Source of the DNA: Octopus sinensis
Taxonomy: Eukaryota
Direction: 5' to 3'
Length of the DNA: 64,000 bases
Assembly: GCF_006345805.1 (NCBI RefSeq)
Contig: NC_043002.1
Span: forward strand, 100,936,001-101,000,000
Part shown: positions 38,683-51,477 of the stretch, one piece after another
Layout: each line of letters opens with the position of its first letter
How positions within the stretch are numbered: the first letter of the stretch is position 1
Position numbers and translations under genes: made by a program
The notes under the pieces: generated by a model
What the model saw: only the letters and a program-made list of their open reading frames with translations
Told to the model about the DNA's origin: nothing
Databases searched by the model: none

Positions 38683-38908
38683 GTTCGAATCTCAGACGGA
38701 GCGACGTGTGTGTTTATGAGGGAAACATCCAAGCTCCACGCAGATCACGCAGAAAGTAATGGCGAAATTCTGCTGAGTGTTTCGCCGCAACATTCTCTCC
38801 CTCGTTCCTCCTACATCTAGCAGCTCACTTGCGACAGACTTGCCTCCAGTCCAGGTGGGGACCTATACCCCAACGACACCGAAAAACCGGCCCTAATGAG
38901 CCAGGCAT
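38683..38908 (+). mobile_element. 5'-truncated tRNA-derived SINE with V-domain-like core
   Basis: B box gttcgaatc; gtttatgag.gaaaca..aagctccacg shared with the 12638 family; gcgacagacttgcctccagtccaggtg resembles the V-SINE domain. Confidence 0.65.
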
Positions 38909-38912
38909 TATC

Positions 38913-39002
<90 letters not shown>

Positions 39003-39057
39003 CTGTGTGTGTGTATGTGTGTGTGTGTGTGTGTGTGTTGTGTGTGTGTGTGAGTGT

Positions 39058-39097
<40 letters not shown>

Positions 39098-39224
39098 GGA
39101 AGCAGAGTGAGCGGTTGGAATAAGTATATCAATTACCTAAGTTAACCCTGGGCATGGGTATGCAAGCAAACTATGCTCATATGGTACAGGTAATAACAGA
39201 ATAAACAAAAGTTTATAAGGAATC

Positions 39225-39622
39225 AAACTTAAAATATGCAGAAAATGGAGAAAACTTTTCATCACCAAACAAACAAATTAACCAACATCGGTTACTTATT
39301 ATTTAATACAAAACTTTAACATTGTTTACGAACGTTTCGACTACCAATGTCAGTTGGTACCTACAAAGAAAATTCCGAAAATAGTATTTGTCCTCCTTAT
39401 AGCATGTTCTACTCTGATGAAGCTCTATGTACTATATCAGATGTGCTATAAAGATGACGAATATTATTTTCGGAATTTTGTTTGTAGGCACCGACTTATA
39501 TTGGTAGCCGAAACGGCCGTAAGTAATGTTAAGTTTTGTATTAAAAAATAATTAACCGATGCTGGTCAATTTCTTTGTTCGTTGGTCAAAAAGCTTCTCC
39601 ATTTTCTGCTTATTTTTAGTTT
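39225..39622. repeat. Fold-back: ~180-bp inverted arms (39225-39404 / 39444-39622) with a 39-nt spacer
   Basis: Arms align along their length (gcagaaaatggag ... attccgaaaata ... ttatagca). Confidence 0.92.
39410..39525 (+). ncRNA. Type I hammerhead motif H5 spanning the fold-back spacer and right arm
   Basis: tact CTGATGA agct ...(about 80 nt)... agcc GAAA cggccg TA agta; palindromic stem III, 4-bp stem I, A-C mismatch at the base of stem II. Confidence 0.65.
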
Positions 39623-39624
39623 AT

Positions 39625-39681
<57 letters not shown>

Positions 39682-40017
39682 TATACACATATATACAATA
39701 TATATAAATATATATAAATATATATACATAAATATTCCAGGAATTTCATTAAACTTGAATATTTTTTTCTATCTCTGAATTATTTTTCTGGAGTATAAAA
39801 AACTTACTTCAGTATCTTGTATACTTTGCTTTTCAGCAAAGCCCGACTTCACCGTCAACCAGCAGTCCAATATCAGCTTTTCAGTTTTCTGCTTTGTTTC
39901 CTTCTTATGCGTCCTCACGCCACTTGCTTCTATTCCCTTATACTTAATTGTAATCGACTTACCCGGTTACCTGAAATCGCTGACCTTTTGTCAAAGATTT
40001 AGCCCAGTATAGGCACA

Positions 40018-40220
40018 ATACTCTAGGCACAAAGCCCGAAATTTTGGGGGAGAGGCCAGTCGATTAGAGCGACTCCAGTACGCAACAGGTACCTAATTTG
40101 TCAAGCCCAAAAGATGAAAGCAAAGTCGACCTCGGCGGAATTTGAACTCAGAACATAAAGACAGACGAAATACCACTACGCATTTTACCCGTCGTGCTAC
40201 CGTTTCGGCCAGCTCTCCGC
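40018..40220 (-). mobile_element. tRNA-derived SINE (8004 family, monomer)
   Basis: Reverse complement gives the head gcggagagctggccgaaacggtagc, gttcaaattccgccgaggtcgactttgc and the tail gggctttgtgcctagag. Confidence 0.85.
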
Positions 40221-40293
40221 TTTAGTATAGACACAATTTTGTCATAGAAATAGTTGTAATAGAATAATCAATATATTTTCTTATCAACAACAG

Positions 40294-40444
40294 ATTGTTT
40301 GTTGCATGATGGAAAATGTGCCTCTCGAAGCACAAAATGGGCTATATTCTCGGAAACCGGGACTTGCTACCGTTACACCTGCACCTATAAAGGAATTTTA
40401 AGCGTTAGTGCCATGAAGAAAAATGTCGGAAAATGTTTACCTAA
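40294..40444 (+). CDS. Coding exon 3 of the Cys-rich protein: (Y)CLLHDGKCASRSTKWAIFSETGTCYRYTCTYKGILSVSAMKKNVGKCLP
   Basis: Acceptor tattttcttatcaacaacAG (40292-93), donor AA|GTGAGT at 40445, 151 nt, phase 1 in and 2 out; repeats the C-x6-C-x6-W-x7/8-C-x4-C module of the previous exon. Confidence 0.85.
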
Positions 40445-40676
40445 GTGAGTATATATCCGAAGTTATTTAATTTTGCCCATATATTACATTTTCTCACTAT
40501 CATTGTTACGTTGTCCTTGTAACAACATTTCCTCTTCAGTTCTAAATTTAGTTAGCTCAAACTTAGAAATGAAAATACAAATCTTAGCATTTCCAGCTGA
40601 AAGTTAATACTGTTAAAATTCTTATTGTTTTAATGTCTAGAATATGTCTGTTTTTTTCTTTTTTTCTTTTTGCCAG

Positions 40677-40710
40677 GGAATCCCTTACCAAACTGCTTTC
40701 TATTTCTTAA
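40677..40710 (+). CDS. Probable last coding exon: (K)ESLTKLLSIS*
   Basis: Long T-rich tract ending gccAG (40675-76) after a 232-nt intron; phase 2 compatible; stop TAA 40708-10; nearest AATAAA at 41016. Confidence 0.6.
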
Positions 40711-40877
40711 GTAGAACATGACTGCTGCACTCTTGAATGGCTTAGATGACCAAATGGACAACTGTACTTATTTGTTTTTAAATATACTTCTTATTCCATC
40801 TGGTTAATTCGTTGAATATAAAATACACGAAGGAAATATAGAACACATAATCAAACACACACACGCACACATATTTG

Positions 40878-40975
<98 letters not shown>

Positions 40976-41118
40976 TATTGTTATATTTCGGAATGGTCAT
41001 ATTGCCAGTTTAGCCAATAAAAACACACGTACTATATATTTGGTGTTATTTTGCTTCAGTGTTATTTATTTTTTACATTAATCTTAATCTTATTTCGTCA
41101 CACTCCTATATTTAAACG

Positions 41119-41181
<63 letters not shown>

Positions 41182-41553
41182 ATATGTATATGTATATATA
41201 AGAAATAATTAAGGCTCTGTTGCATTAGGTACTTAAGTTCAGGCACCAAGTCAGTCCGATATTATCTGCACAGTTCGAAGTAAGGTGAATTAGAAGCCAA
41301 TAAGTAACAAGAATGTCAAGCTATTAGTGCATTACAGCCGTTTCAGGCGGCTCCATTTAATCGACCAATGCAAACATCACATAAATTTGAAAAATACCGT
41401 CTTCCACAGATACAACAAACAGGATATTCCATTACAATTTTTTTAGCAAATTTTCCATCACAACTAGAGTACAAAAGAATTACATGCTTGTTGCTATAAT
41501 TGTAATAGAATGAATTTATGGAGAAAATATCCCAACTATAATTTGGAGTGGCA

Positions 41554-41967
41554 GAAGAGAATGACAATGGGGGTCATGAGATGGTAATATAGCTACATTT
41601 ATCTATCTCCTTATCACCATCAAAATCTCTAATGCAGCTAATATTCCACGTCCACTAAGAATTAAAACGACTGAGAATTGAGAGTCACGTTCTAGTTGCC
41701 GATGATAAATTAATTAATGTCAGATATTCTTCCCTACCCGTAATATACTGTGGCTATATAATTGCTATAAAGGAACAAGTCTCAGAAGATGTCAGTAAGA
41801 TAGGTGTATATCCCCAGAAAGAGGGAGGGTGATGGGGACAGAAACTATCTTAATATTATCAGTTGAAACGAGCCTAAAATAGAAGAGAAAGGAGGTCACA
41901 ATGAAATCTACATAGGCATTTAGGGTAAAGGGGGAAATTTATATCCAAAACTTAGCAACATTTATAT
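41554..41967. repeat. Unclassified ~420-bp interspersed repeat, copy 2
   Basis: Homologous to 74-495, same orientation. Confidence 0.8.
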
Positions 41968-42854
41968 ATCATTATTTTTATAATCCGTATATATATAAAA
42001 TTTTATATGGCAATACTCTCACACTCTAGGAGTGTCATCATGTAATTCCGCATTGTGTCTCAGTACTCGAAGTATAACAGTAAAACCTTCGACGAAGTAA
42101 TTTATAAATGGTTTCTCTTTAACACTGTTTCAGTTTTATCCTTTCACATTTAATAGATTTACTATGCATATATATATATATATACATGTATACATATATG
42201 CGTGTACATATATGTATGTATATATGGAGATATATATATATACATACATGTATGTATAATGTATATATGTATAAATATATATAATTATGTATGTGTAAAT
42301 ATATGTAAATATGTATGAATGTATATGTATATATATGTGCATATGTGTATGAGTATGTATATCTCTCATAGTGAGTGTGTCTTTCTGCATTACGTGCGCT
42401 GATATCCACATACACATATCTACACATACGTTTACATATGTAACGACATGCGTGAATGTATGACTTTGTGAGGTTATCTTAGTATATGCATTTCAGTATA
42501 TGTCAGGCACATTTTATACCACAACGATGACGACGACGCCACATTCTCTATATGAGTGTACACCCGTCTGTGAGAGTATGCGTGTGTGTCTAGGTGGCTG
42601 CTTGTTCCCGCATTACGTACGTTATTAAACGTACACACAACATCTACACATACATATGCATATGTTACGACTGACATGTATGTGAGATCTAGAATTGAAA
42701 CTCTTGAAAAAAATCAAACGAGGTGGCAAGGTCCCAGGTATACATAAATATACCCATTTACTGTTCCATTATCAGTTAGTAATTATCGCAGGTGTTGAAG
42801 GGCTGCAAGGTGTTTGCAATTACATATCTACATTGACATTAAAAAAAACATTAT

Positions 42855-42937
<83 letters not shown>

Positions 42938-43254
42938 AAATATTAGGGAATAAATCCAAACTTACAGGGAAAAATCAGATTTAGGATTAAATCCAATTTC
43001 ATAGTAAAATATTATATTGTTAAACCTCGCTAAGATAAATATTTCAATTACCTGGAGATTGACTGTAACCATAACTCGAATTATTACGAATTGGACAGCC
43101 ATGAAACGATCGTAGTGTTTTACTCATTATCTTTTATTAAACTTTTAATACTTTTGATATATATTTAAAATAATATAAATTAATTAATTTTATCTATTGG
43201 CTTATGTTTTTCATTGTTTGATTTGCCTAATAGTGGTTTTTACTCTAATTTAAT

Positions 43255-43328
<74 letters not shown>

Positions 43329-44157
43329 ATCCTTTGTCCCACTGTCATAACTATTGTTGCATTTTCAATTGAATTAGCAACTCCATACATGTGCTTCTAT
43401 TTCTTGCATTTGTTTATATTTCGTTAATTTACACTGCAGAAAAAATACAGACTTATAATATACTTACTATGTGATCAGTCATTTTGCCTTATTCTTTTAA
43501 GTAATTCAATCCAACATATTCGCACGTGACTGCATAGGCTCACTTTATGTTTCTTATTCTACAGCCACACCAGCAATTCAATGTCAGCGCTTCTGCAGCA
43601 ATTCAACAGTTCCCTTCCCTATTGTCGTCACCCATTGTCACCCATTTCGGGAAAGCACCCATTTATTTATAATGTCTTCATTACACCCCCATTCATTTGA
43701 CGGTCAACCATACGGTTAGTGACCGACTCAAAAGCGAATATATCACTTGATACTTCTTTGGTCATTTCCAAAATTACATACTCTCAATTTCTGGAGCCAC
43801 CGTTGACATTGGCATACGCTTATTGTCCGATCCCCATATACTGCATTAATATTCCCCGCACTTTCCGTTGCATTGTTGCCTTTATTGAAATCATAAAGTA
43901 AAATATAACGAATATGCTTTCATGTAACTTCCAATGTAGCTTTGGAAAAGTCACTGCTAAAATCGGACTGTACATTTCAAAACTAGAACTGAGAATAGAT
44001 ACGGGGTAAAATTACACCGTTTTGATAGAAAGTTCGTGCGGGTGGCTTATCCCACCACCCTCCGACTTTTAGTTCATGCAATTGAAAAAACATGCATTAT
44101 TTATGGGGTGAGCCAATATGTATACACACGCAAACACACCCTAACGCACACACTCAC

Positions 44158-44188
<31 letters not shown>

Positions 44189-44200
44189 CGCGGCTATATG

Positions 44201-45359
44201 CAGGGCTTGGACAAAATAATGGAAGCACCTAGCATCATAGCATCATAATTTTGAAATATCTATAAAACCGTCAAAAGCTTGTTTACTTTTGTTTTTATTT
44301 ATTTATTATTACTGTTGCTTAATATGTTTTGCGGAAATTGCTGTTTCTCTTCAGATATCATTAAAATGACAGATCTATCAGACTTTCAAAGAAGTCAAAT
44401 TGTTGGTGCTCGTATGGCAGGTGACAGCGTAACGAAAACAGCCGAAATGTTTGGTGTATGAAGAAGTATGGTCTCGAAAGTAATGACACCCTTTCTCCGG
44501 AAGAAAACTAAAACTTTCAGATACGGACCATATTGTTAGAAGGGATCACAAAAGTACAGCTCCCAAAATTACTGCAGAGATTAATGACTACCTCATGAAC
44601 CCAGTTCGTACAAAAGCTGTTTGCCGGGAACTGCACAAAGGCGGATTTCACGGGAGGGCTGCAATCAGAAAACCATTATTTTCAAAAACGAACATGGAGT
44701 AAAACCTAAAGAATTGTTGGCTAGTGCAGTGGATGAATGTTATTTTCTCAGACAAATCATCCTTTACCTTATTTCCGACCACCGGCCGAGTATACATGTG
44801 GAGACAGCCAAAAGAAGCATTTGACGCAGACTGCCTTCTTTCAACTCTTAAACCAGGAGGGGGATCTCTGATGATCTCGGGGGCTGTATCTTGGAAATCC
44901 GCCAGCGCCATGATTTCCATTCATGGCAGAATTAATAGACAAGACTATTTAAGCACTTTATCTGATCAAATTCATCATATAGTTACTGAAGTGTTTCCGA
45001 AGAGAAAAGCAGTCTTTCAGGATCATAATACACAAATTCACACAGCTGAGGTTGTTACTGAATGGCACGAGGAACCTCTTATCTGGCCACCACAGTCCCC
45101 AGATATCAGTATTATCGAAAATTTAAGGGGCATGTTAGAAACACAAGTAAAGAATCGATATTCTCCATTATCATTCCACAAGAACTGGAGACTGTTTTAG
45201 CTGAAAATTCGACAAAATTCCTTTGGCAACAATTCAAACTTTGTACGAGTCCATACCTCGTAGAATTCAAGCAGTAATTACTACCAAAGGCGGTCCTACA
45301 CCTTATTAAAATAAATTTGTTTTAATTTTTAAGGCGTTTCCATTATTTTGTGAGCCCCG

Positions 45360-45360
<1 letters not shown>
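44201..45360 (+). mobile_element. Full-length decayed Tc1-like transposon
   Basis: TIRs cagggcttggacaaaataatggaagcacct / aaggcgtttccattattttgtgagccccgg with TA next to both ends; MTDLSDFQRSQIVGAR, VIFSDKS, VFQDHN and WPPQSPDISIIENL (DD34E type). Confidence 0.92.
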
Positions 45361-45391
<31 letters not shown>

Positions 45392-45419
45392 AATAGTAAA
45401 AAGTGAAAAAACTACAGAA

Positions 45420-48095
45420 GGCTTAAAGGTTAAAAACTATATATATTTGCGTCAATATGTCTGAAGAATATTAATTTTTTTTTTTTTTTCCTTACAATGA
45501 CATAGTTTAGAAGAAAGACCGGTTTCGCGTTTAGCTTTTCAAATTTCTTACGGCGTTATGTTTATGTTGAATAGAGTTATCGTTATGTTTATGTTTAAAA
45601 GAGCTCTAAATAAGGGGAGGTAATGAGTGATTTCTTCCGGTGTAAGGGAGATAATCGCTTAAATTTTTTTTCCTTTCCCTTGGTGTGAATTTCTCTGTAT
45701 CAGTATGTTGGCATGGTTAAGTCTGGACTTGTACTTTTCAATGAAGAATGTTTCCTTGTTTAGTCTAATTTGTGTTGATGATCCGATAGCACATTGGTAA
45801 AATGGAAAGATTAAAAATTGTGGTAGTAGTTGCTTTGCGCATTTCTCAATGTGCTCACTAAAAGGTATCACTCTGTATTCTGGGAATGCAATCTGTTGTC
45901 GATGCAGTGTGCATCTACGTCTGAGTGATAGTCCCGTGGATCCCACGTAGTCTTGGTGGCAGCCCGAGCATTTTATGACATAAATCATGTTTTCAGAGGC
46001 ACAAGTAAAGTTAGATTTGATCTTGAATTTCTGTCCCTCTTTAAAGAGGAATTCTGATCCTTCTAGCAGGTTTGGACATGTTGCACAGTTCGATCTACCA
46101 CATTTTTTTTACTTTTGCATCCGTAATTTCAGAAAACAATTTTGCCTTTGTGAGAATCTTTTTAAGTGATTTAGGTTGTTTGTAGCTTTTAATGATTTGG
46201 TGTATGTTTAGAATTTCCTTTAATTTGGGGTCCTTATGAAGTATTGGTAAATTCTGGGTGATGATGGTGAAGGCTTCTTTGTTTCTGGGGTTGTATGTAG
46301 ATATGTAAGGTAGTATTTCGGGGAAGGTGTGTTGTTGTGTTGAACTTTTCTTAAAGTTTCTATGTTGATTTCTGTTGCACGTCTGATCCCATCCTCTATG
46401 AGATGAGCTGGGTAATGTCTGTCAATTAGGGTGTTTTTGAGTTCTTGCAGTCTAAAGTTCCTGGTATTTTGTTCTGACACTATTGTGCATATCCTTCTTG
46501 CAAGGTTGAAGGGGATGTTTGTTTTAGTGTGTCTTGGGTGGCATGAATTAAAAAGAAGGTATTGTTTGGCTTCTGTGGCTTTGTAAAAAATGTCTGTTTC
46601 TATTTTAAGGTTAATTTTTTAATTAGTATATCCAAGAACGGGAGCTCCTTTTGGTTGTATTCCATTGTGATCTGTATATTTGGGTTTATGCTGTTCAATA
46701 GGTTTTTAAATTTTTGGAGTTTATCTGTGTTTTCATTCCAGAGTATAAAACAATCGTCTAAGAATCGTTTCCAATTCTCTTTTATGTATTAAGAAAGGGG
46801 GTTTCCAAAGATTGATAAAGATTCCTGGTAAATTATTATTTCCATGTAGCCCATTGTTAGGTTCGCAATGACTGGTGGTGCCCTTGTACCCATAGCAATT
46901 CCGGATTTTTGACGGTAAAATGTATTGTCAAACATGAAGTGTTTATTATGTAGGATGAATTCAATTGATTTAGTAATGAATTCTTTACTGATCCTTTTTG
47001 GTATTTCTTCAGGAAATTGGTCCAGCCAGAACTGTATTGCCTCTAGTCCATAATTATGAGGCATACTGGTATATAAGTTAACTACATCAAATGAAACCAG
47101 TATTGTTTCTTCCTTGGCTTTTTTTGGAAGGTGGTTTAACATATCTAAGTCATCTCTGATATGGCTATCGATATGTTTAAGGAAGGGTTTCAGGAGGATG
47201 TCCATAAATAGACTTAGTCTGTGTGTTTCACAGGTTGGGCCAGCTACAATGGGTCGTAGTTTTAGGTCCCCCGGGTTAGGTGTGTGTATGTATGTCTTTG
47301 GTGATTTTTTAATGGTTTCATTTATAATTTGGCTTTTATGAATTTTTGGCAGACCATAGAAAAGGCTAGGTTTGCATTTAAAGTGTGTTAGAAAGTCAAT
47401 CTCTTTGGTTGTTAGTTCCTTTTCATGGGTTTTAATTAGTGAAGATAGAGTTTTCATTATTTTTTGTGGGGTGTAGTTGGTAATTTTTTCATAATGTAGG
47501 TCGTCATCAAGCAAGAAATTACAAGATTTCTATAGTATGATGTATCCATTATTACAACTGCATTTCCCTTGTCTGCTTCCTTAATGGTTATATCCTCATC
47601 ATTTTGAAGTTCTATCAGTTCCTTCCATTGTGTAGTGTTAAAATTTGAGTTAACTTTCTGTTTATGTATAGTATGGTAGGGAAAGTTCTCAATGTGGTTA
47701 CAGAATTCATCAAGATCTTTATTTCTTCCTCTGTGTGGGATGTGTTCACTTTTGTTCTTGACTAGTGATTCATCTTCACTATTGAAACTGGTTGATGCTT
47801 CTGCTAGTCTTAAATTTCTGCACAATTCTGTTATATTATCCTTGATTTCATTTAGGTTGGCTCTGCGTGGAGTTGGTGTAAATTTGAGCCCTTTTGAGAG
47901 GATGTCAATTTTTATGTTAGAAAGAGGTTTGGTTGAAAGATTGATTATCTTCGGTTTTTCCTTATTACTAGGTTCCAGCCTGTGTCCTGGTGTCTCTGAT
48001 CCCTGGCTAAAAAATGTTGGGTGTAATTTTGTTTGTATGAATTGTCTGTGAGGTTGTGTGGTTGTGTGGTTGGGTAGATACGAAGTGCCTAAACA
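45420..48095 (-). mobile_element. Near-complete Penelope-like element (RT plus GIY-YIG), a few frameshifts
   Basis: INLSTKPL..LSKGLKFTPTP, YGLPKIHK, LRPIVAG, SFDVVNLYT, GIAMGT and IYVIKCSGCHQDYVGSTG..LHR. Confidence 0.93.
45511..45549 (-). ncRNA. Decayed hammerhead H6 in the 3' terminal region of the PLE
   Basis: Minus strand: aagaaa tTTGAAAA gc taaac gc GAAA ccgg TC tttctt; 6-bp stem I and palindromic stem III intact, core C3 and G8 substituted. Confidence 0.5.
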
Positions 48096-48099
48096 CAAT

Positions 48100-48640
48100 A
48101 CAAAATAGAATATTCACCAAAAAATGCTGATGGTCCAGCGCTGCTGTATTCCACTACAGGTTCATGAGACCTGGTAAGTCAATTACAGCGGATCTATACA
48201 TCAGCCAGTTGGATAAAATGATGAGTGAACTTGCAATTAAACAACCGAGATTGGTCAATAGAGACAAGCCAATTCTCTTGCAAGACGATGCTCAACAATA
48301 CGTTGCACAAAAAACGCTATTCAAGTTACAGGAAGTGAACTTGCAAGTACCTTGTCATTCACCATACTCATCAGACTGTGCACAAAAGGACTATCACGTT
48401 TTGCAGCATTAGACAGCTTTTTGCTAGGAAAAAATCTTCAAATCTGAAGAAGATGCAAAAACAACCTAGCTCTCCAGAAGTTTTCGTTAGCAGTATAAAT
48501 AAACTACCAATAAAATGGCAAAATTGTGTTGATGATTGAAGCGCATATTTTGATTCACTGCATTTTGGGGGTGGGTGGAGATAAAATAAAATAAACTTTC
48601 AGTTCACAATCGTATATTTCATTCTTAATGACCTGAAATA
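48100..48640 (+). mobile_element. Mariner 3' half
   Basis: LVNRDKPILLQDDAQQYVA, HSPYSSDCAQKDYHVL and KWQNCV; 3' TIR-like end. Confidence 0.8.
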
Positions 48641-49149
48641 TATGCGTGTTTCTCTGGATGAACATATATGCCTATATGCATGAGCTTTTGTCTGTTGTGT
48701 GCATGTGTATGTACATATAAACATATTCGTGTTTCAGTTTTGATATAAGGGAGTGTTTTAAATGTTTACGTGTATTGTTGCAGTAGCGTTGCTGAGGGTT
48801 AGGGTAAAGAATCAGCATTTGACTTCGTCTTGTTAATGTAGAGGGGTAGGAATGAGAGCAGAAGTATACGCACATAGATTCGATTCGTGTGCATGCATAT
48901 GTTCGAGAGTATATAGATGTGTGTGTGCGCGTCTGTGTATGTGTGTATTTATGTGTACGTGTGTGTGTATGTTTTTGCCTGTGCACACCACGTCTGTGGA
49001 AGTGAATGCCTCGAGCTGGGGTACATAAGGTTGTGGGTCGGTCTATGGCATGTGTAGCCATTGATAGTTAGGTACCCTGTTCATTATTGTGGATCATCCA
49101 GTGTTGATGAGTAGTCATGTTAAGTTGTTATATCATATCGGTGTGGTCA

Positions 49150-49480
49150 GTGGCTTACATCTGATGGCAGCAAAAATCCCTTGTTTTTAGAATCTGCAGG
49201 TTCGTAGAGAATGTGAAAGCTAGCAAGAAGGGAGCTGTTCTGCCTATGATGGTTCATTAGATGCTGGAGGTTTCATTCCAGAACTATCGGATTCTCCAAA
49301 GGAAATGAAAGAAAGGAGTAGACTTTTCTCTATAGCTTCGGCAATGCGAATGCATATCCTGTGTGTACCTTTCCTTGAAACCACTGGTCGTCATGCCCGT
49401 GTAGTGCCTCTTAAGACTATAGAGCTATATCAGGAGGGATCATTCTACAGAGCAGCTAGTAGTATTTCGGTGGATAAATT
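49150..49480 (-). mobile_element. Decayed PLE GIY-YIG fragment
   Basis: HYTGMTTSGFKERYT, KST..LW, IIGRTAP and HILYEP..KNK match PLE endonuclease spacing. Confidence 0.55.
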
Positions 49481-49643
49481 TGTGACTGGAAGGTTTGCCG
49501 GTGCGTGTTTGCGACTGTTGTAACGTGCAATGTTAAGCTATTATTTCTAAATATGAATATCTCACCATATGCATACATTCACACACACACACACACACTC
49601 TCACACACGGATGCACACACACTGAAATACACACACACACTAA

Positions 49644-50394
49644 TACTGGGTTATCCTATAATGCGGTCTTTTCAATTGCATGAACTAAAGATCAGAGGGG
49701 ACGTGATAAACTACCTGCATCAACTAGCTATAAGCGCAGATATTAATATTACCTCGTCCTTATCCTTATTCTTAGATTTTCACAGTTAGTTTGTCAATGC
49801 TATAATTGAAGTTACAAAGGAGCATATTCGCCACATTTTGCTTCATGTGGGAACGTCTGCCCCCACGTAAAGTATTGATATCTGTGTAGTAGGATACGAA
49901 ACGTTATGTCCGCTTTGAACTTTTCAAGCCAAACGACATGATAACAAAGGAGATCTACTGCGAACAGCTTCAGAGGCGTAAGTCAGTGCTAGAAGCAAAA
50001 CGACCATCTTTAGTTTCAAGACGAAACATATTCTTCCATACAGTGAGGATGACATTCCAAATGCTGGAGCAGTCTGAATGGGTAACCACGCCCCTCTCAC
50101 CATATTCGCAGGGCATTGCCCCACCCGATTATCATTTATTTCACTCTTTTCAAATTAATTTGGAAGGGGGAGAATATGAATACTGGAGACGAGGTCAGAA
50201 CAGTAAGGGAGAAGTATTCTTCGTCACAAGCAAGTGAATTTTGGAAGATGGACCTTGGAATTCTACCAGATAGATGGAAGAGCATTGTAGAAAATGAAGG
50301 AGAGTACATTTTCGATTAAGAAAGAACTTAGTTTATCATAATTTTCAAAAATAAAAGTGTAAAGAAACCACATTATGTATGGGATGACTCAATA
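49644..50394 (+). mobile_element. Internally deleted mariner with both TIRs
   Basis: TIRs tactgggttatcctataatgcgg / cacattatgtatgggatgactcaata; EVTKEHIRHILL joined to SPYSQGIAPPDYHLF and DRWKSIVENEGEYIFD. Confidence 0.85.
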
Positions 50395-50589
50395 TATCTC
50401 TCACTATATATTATTTGTGTATGTGTATGTGTTTATTTGCACACTAACTCCCTATTGGCTCTCATGGATTCCTATTATAGCCAATCTTAACGCCGCCGAG
50501 TTATTCAATGATACAGACTTCGATGTGTATGTTGAAATCATTTGAGCACTACGCCCTTTCCATATTAAGCATCTCTGGATGTCAGCATT

Positions 50590-50651
<62 letters not shown>

Positions 50652-50685
50652 TCTCTGTGTGTCCCTATGTGTATACATATATATC

Positions 50686-50719
<34 letters not shown>

Positions 50720-51334
50720 TGAAATATATATATGTATACGTGCATGTATATGTATGTATATGTGACTATCTCTGCGTGAATGTGTGAGTGTGTGTGCATG
50801 TGCGTGTGCGTGTTATTATATGTGTTTGAGTGTGTGCATGTTTGTATGTATGACTGTCATTATTCGGTTTCATTTCAAGATTTATTGCCAAAGAGCTGGT
50901 TTCTAATCCAGTTTTAAGCTATCTTCATTGGAGTTTCAACATCAGCAACAGGATACTTTTGTATGTAGGTGCATATATGTTTTGTTTCGTACATGTGTTG
51001 TCATGCATATACTTGCATATATATAGACAAGCTCATATATGCTCAAATGATAAACTTCTGGAAAGTTTTACAGATTTTACAGTTCCAGTGATGGTTTTGG
51101 TCAGTAGTCGTTGAATCAGCTTTCTCATTTCTGGTTTTGAGAAGCCCAATTACTCAAGCCTGGTGTTAAGGCAGTGTGTTAGATATTCCAGTTACGCAAT
51201 AATTACAAGTACAAACCTGAACTTGTAGATTTCTCAATAGCTCAGGGTAGGTTTTCTGTTATCCGTTGATATTTAGTTTTATGTAAACATCGGTTGGACA
51301 GCTGATATCCACAACTGCACGCTGTTTCTATCTG

Positions 51335-51366
<32 letters not shown>

Positions 51367-51477
51367 TGTATGTATGTATGTATGTATGTATGTATGTATG
51401 TATGTATGTATGTATGTATGTATGTATGTATGTATGTATGTATGTATGTATGTGTGTATGTATGTATGTATGTATGT
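51335..51477. repeat. (TATG)n microsatellite
   Basis: Directly visible. Confidence 0.95.

Noticed and set aside
43565-43700. Good acceptor (ttcttattctacAG) as an alternative last exon
   Set aside because: Phase-compatible reading (NHTSNSMSALLQQ...) has no recognisable features and would add an unpaired Cys; the nearer 40677 acceptor is stronger. It cannot be excluded as an alternative without RNA data.
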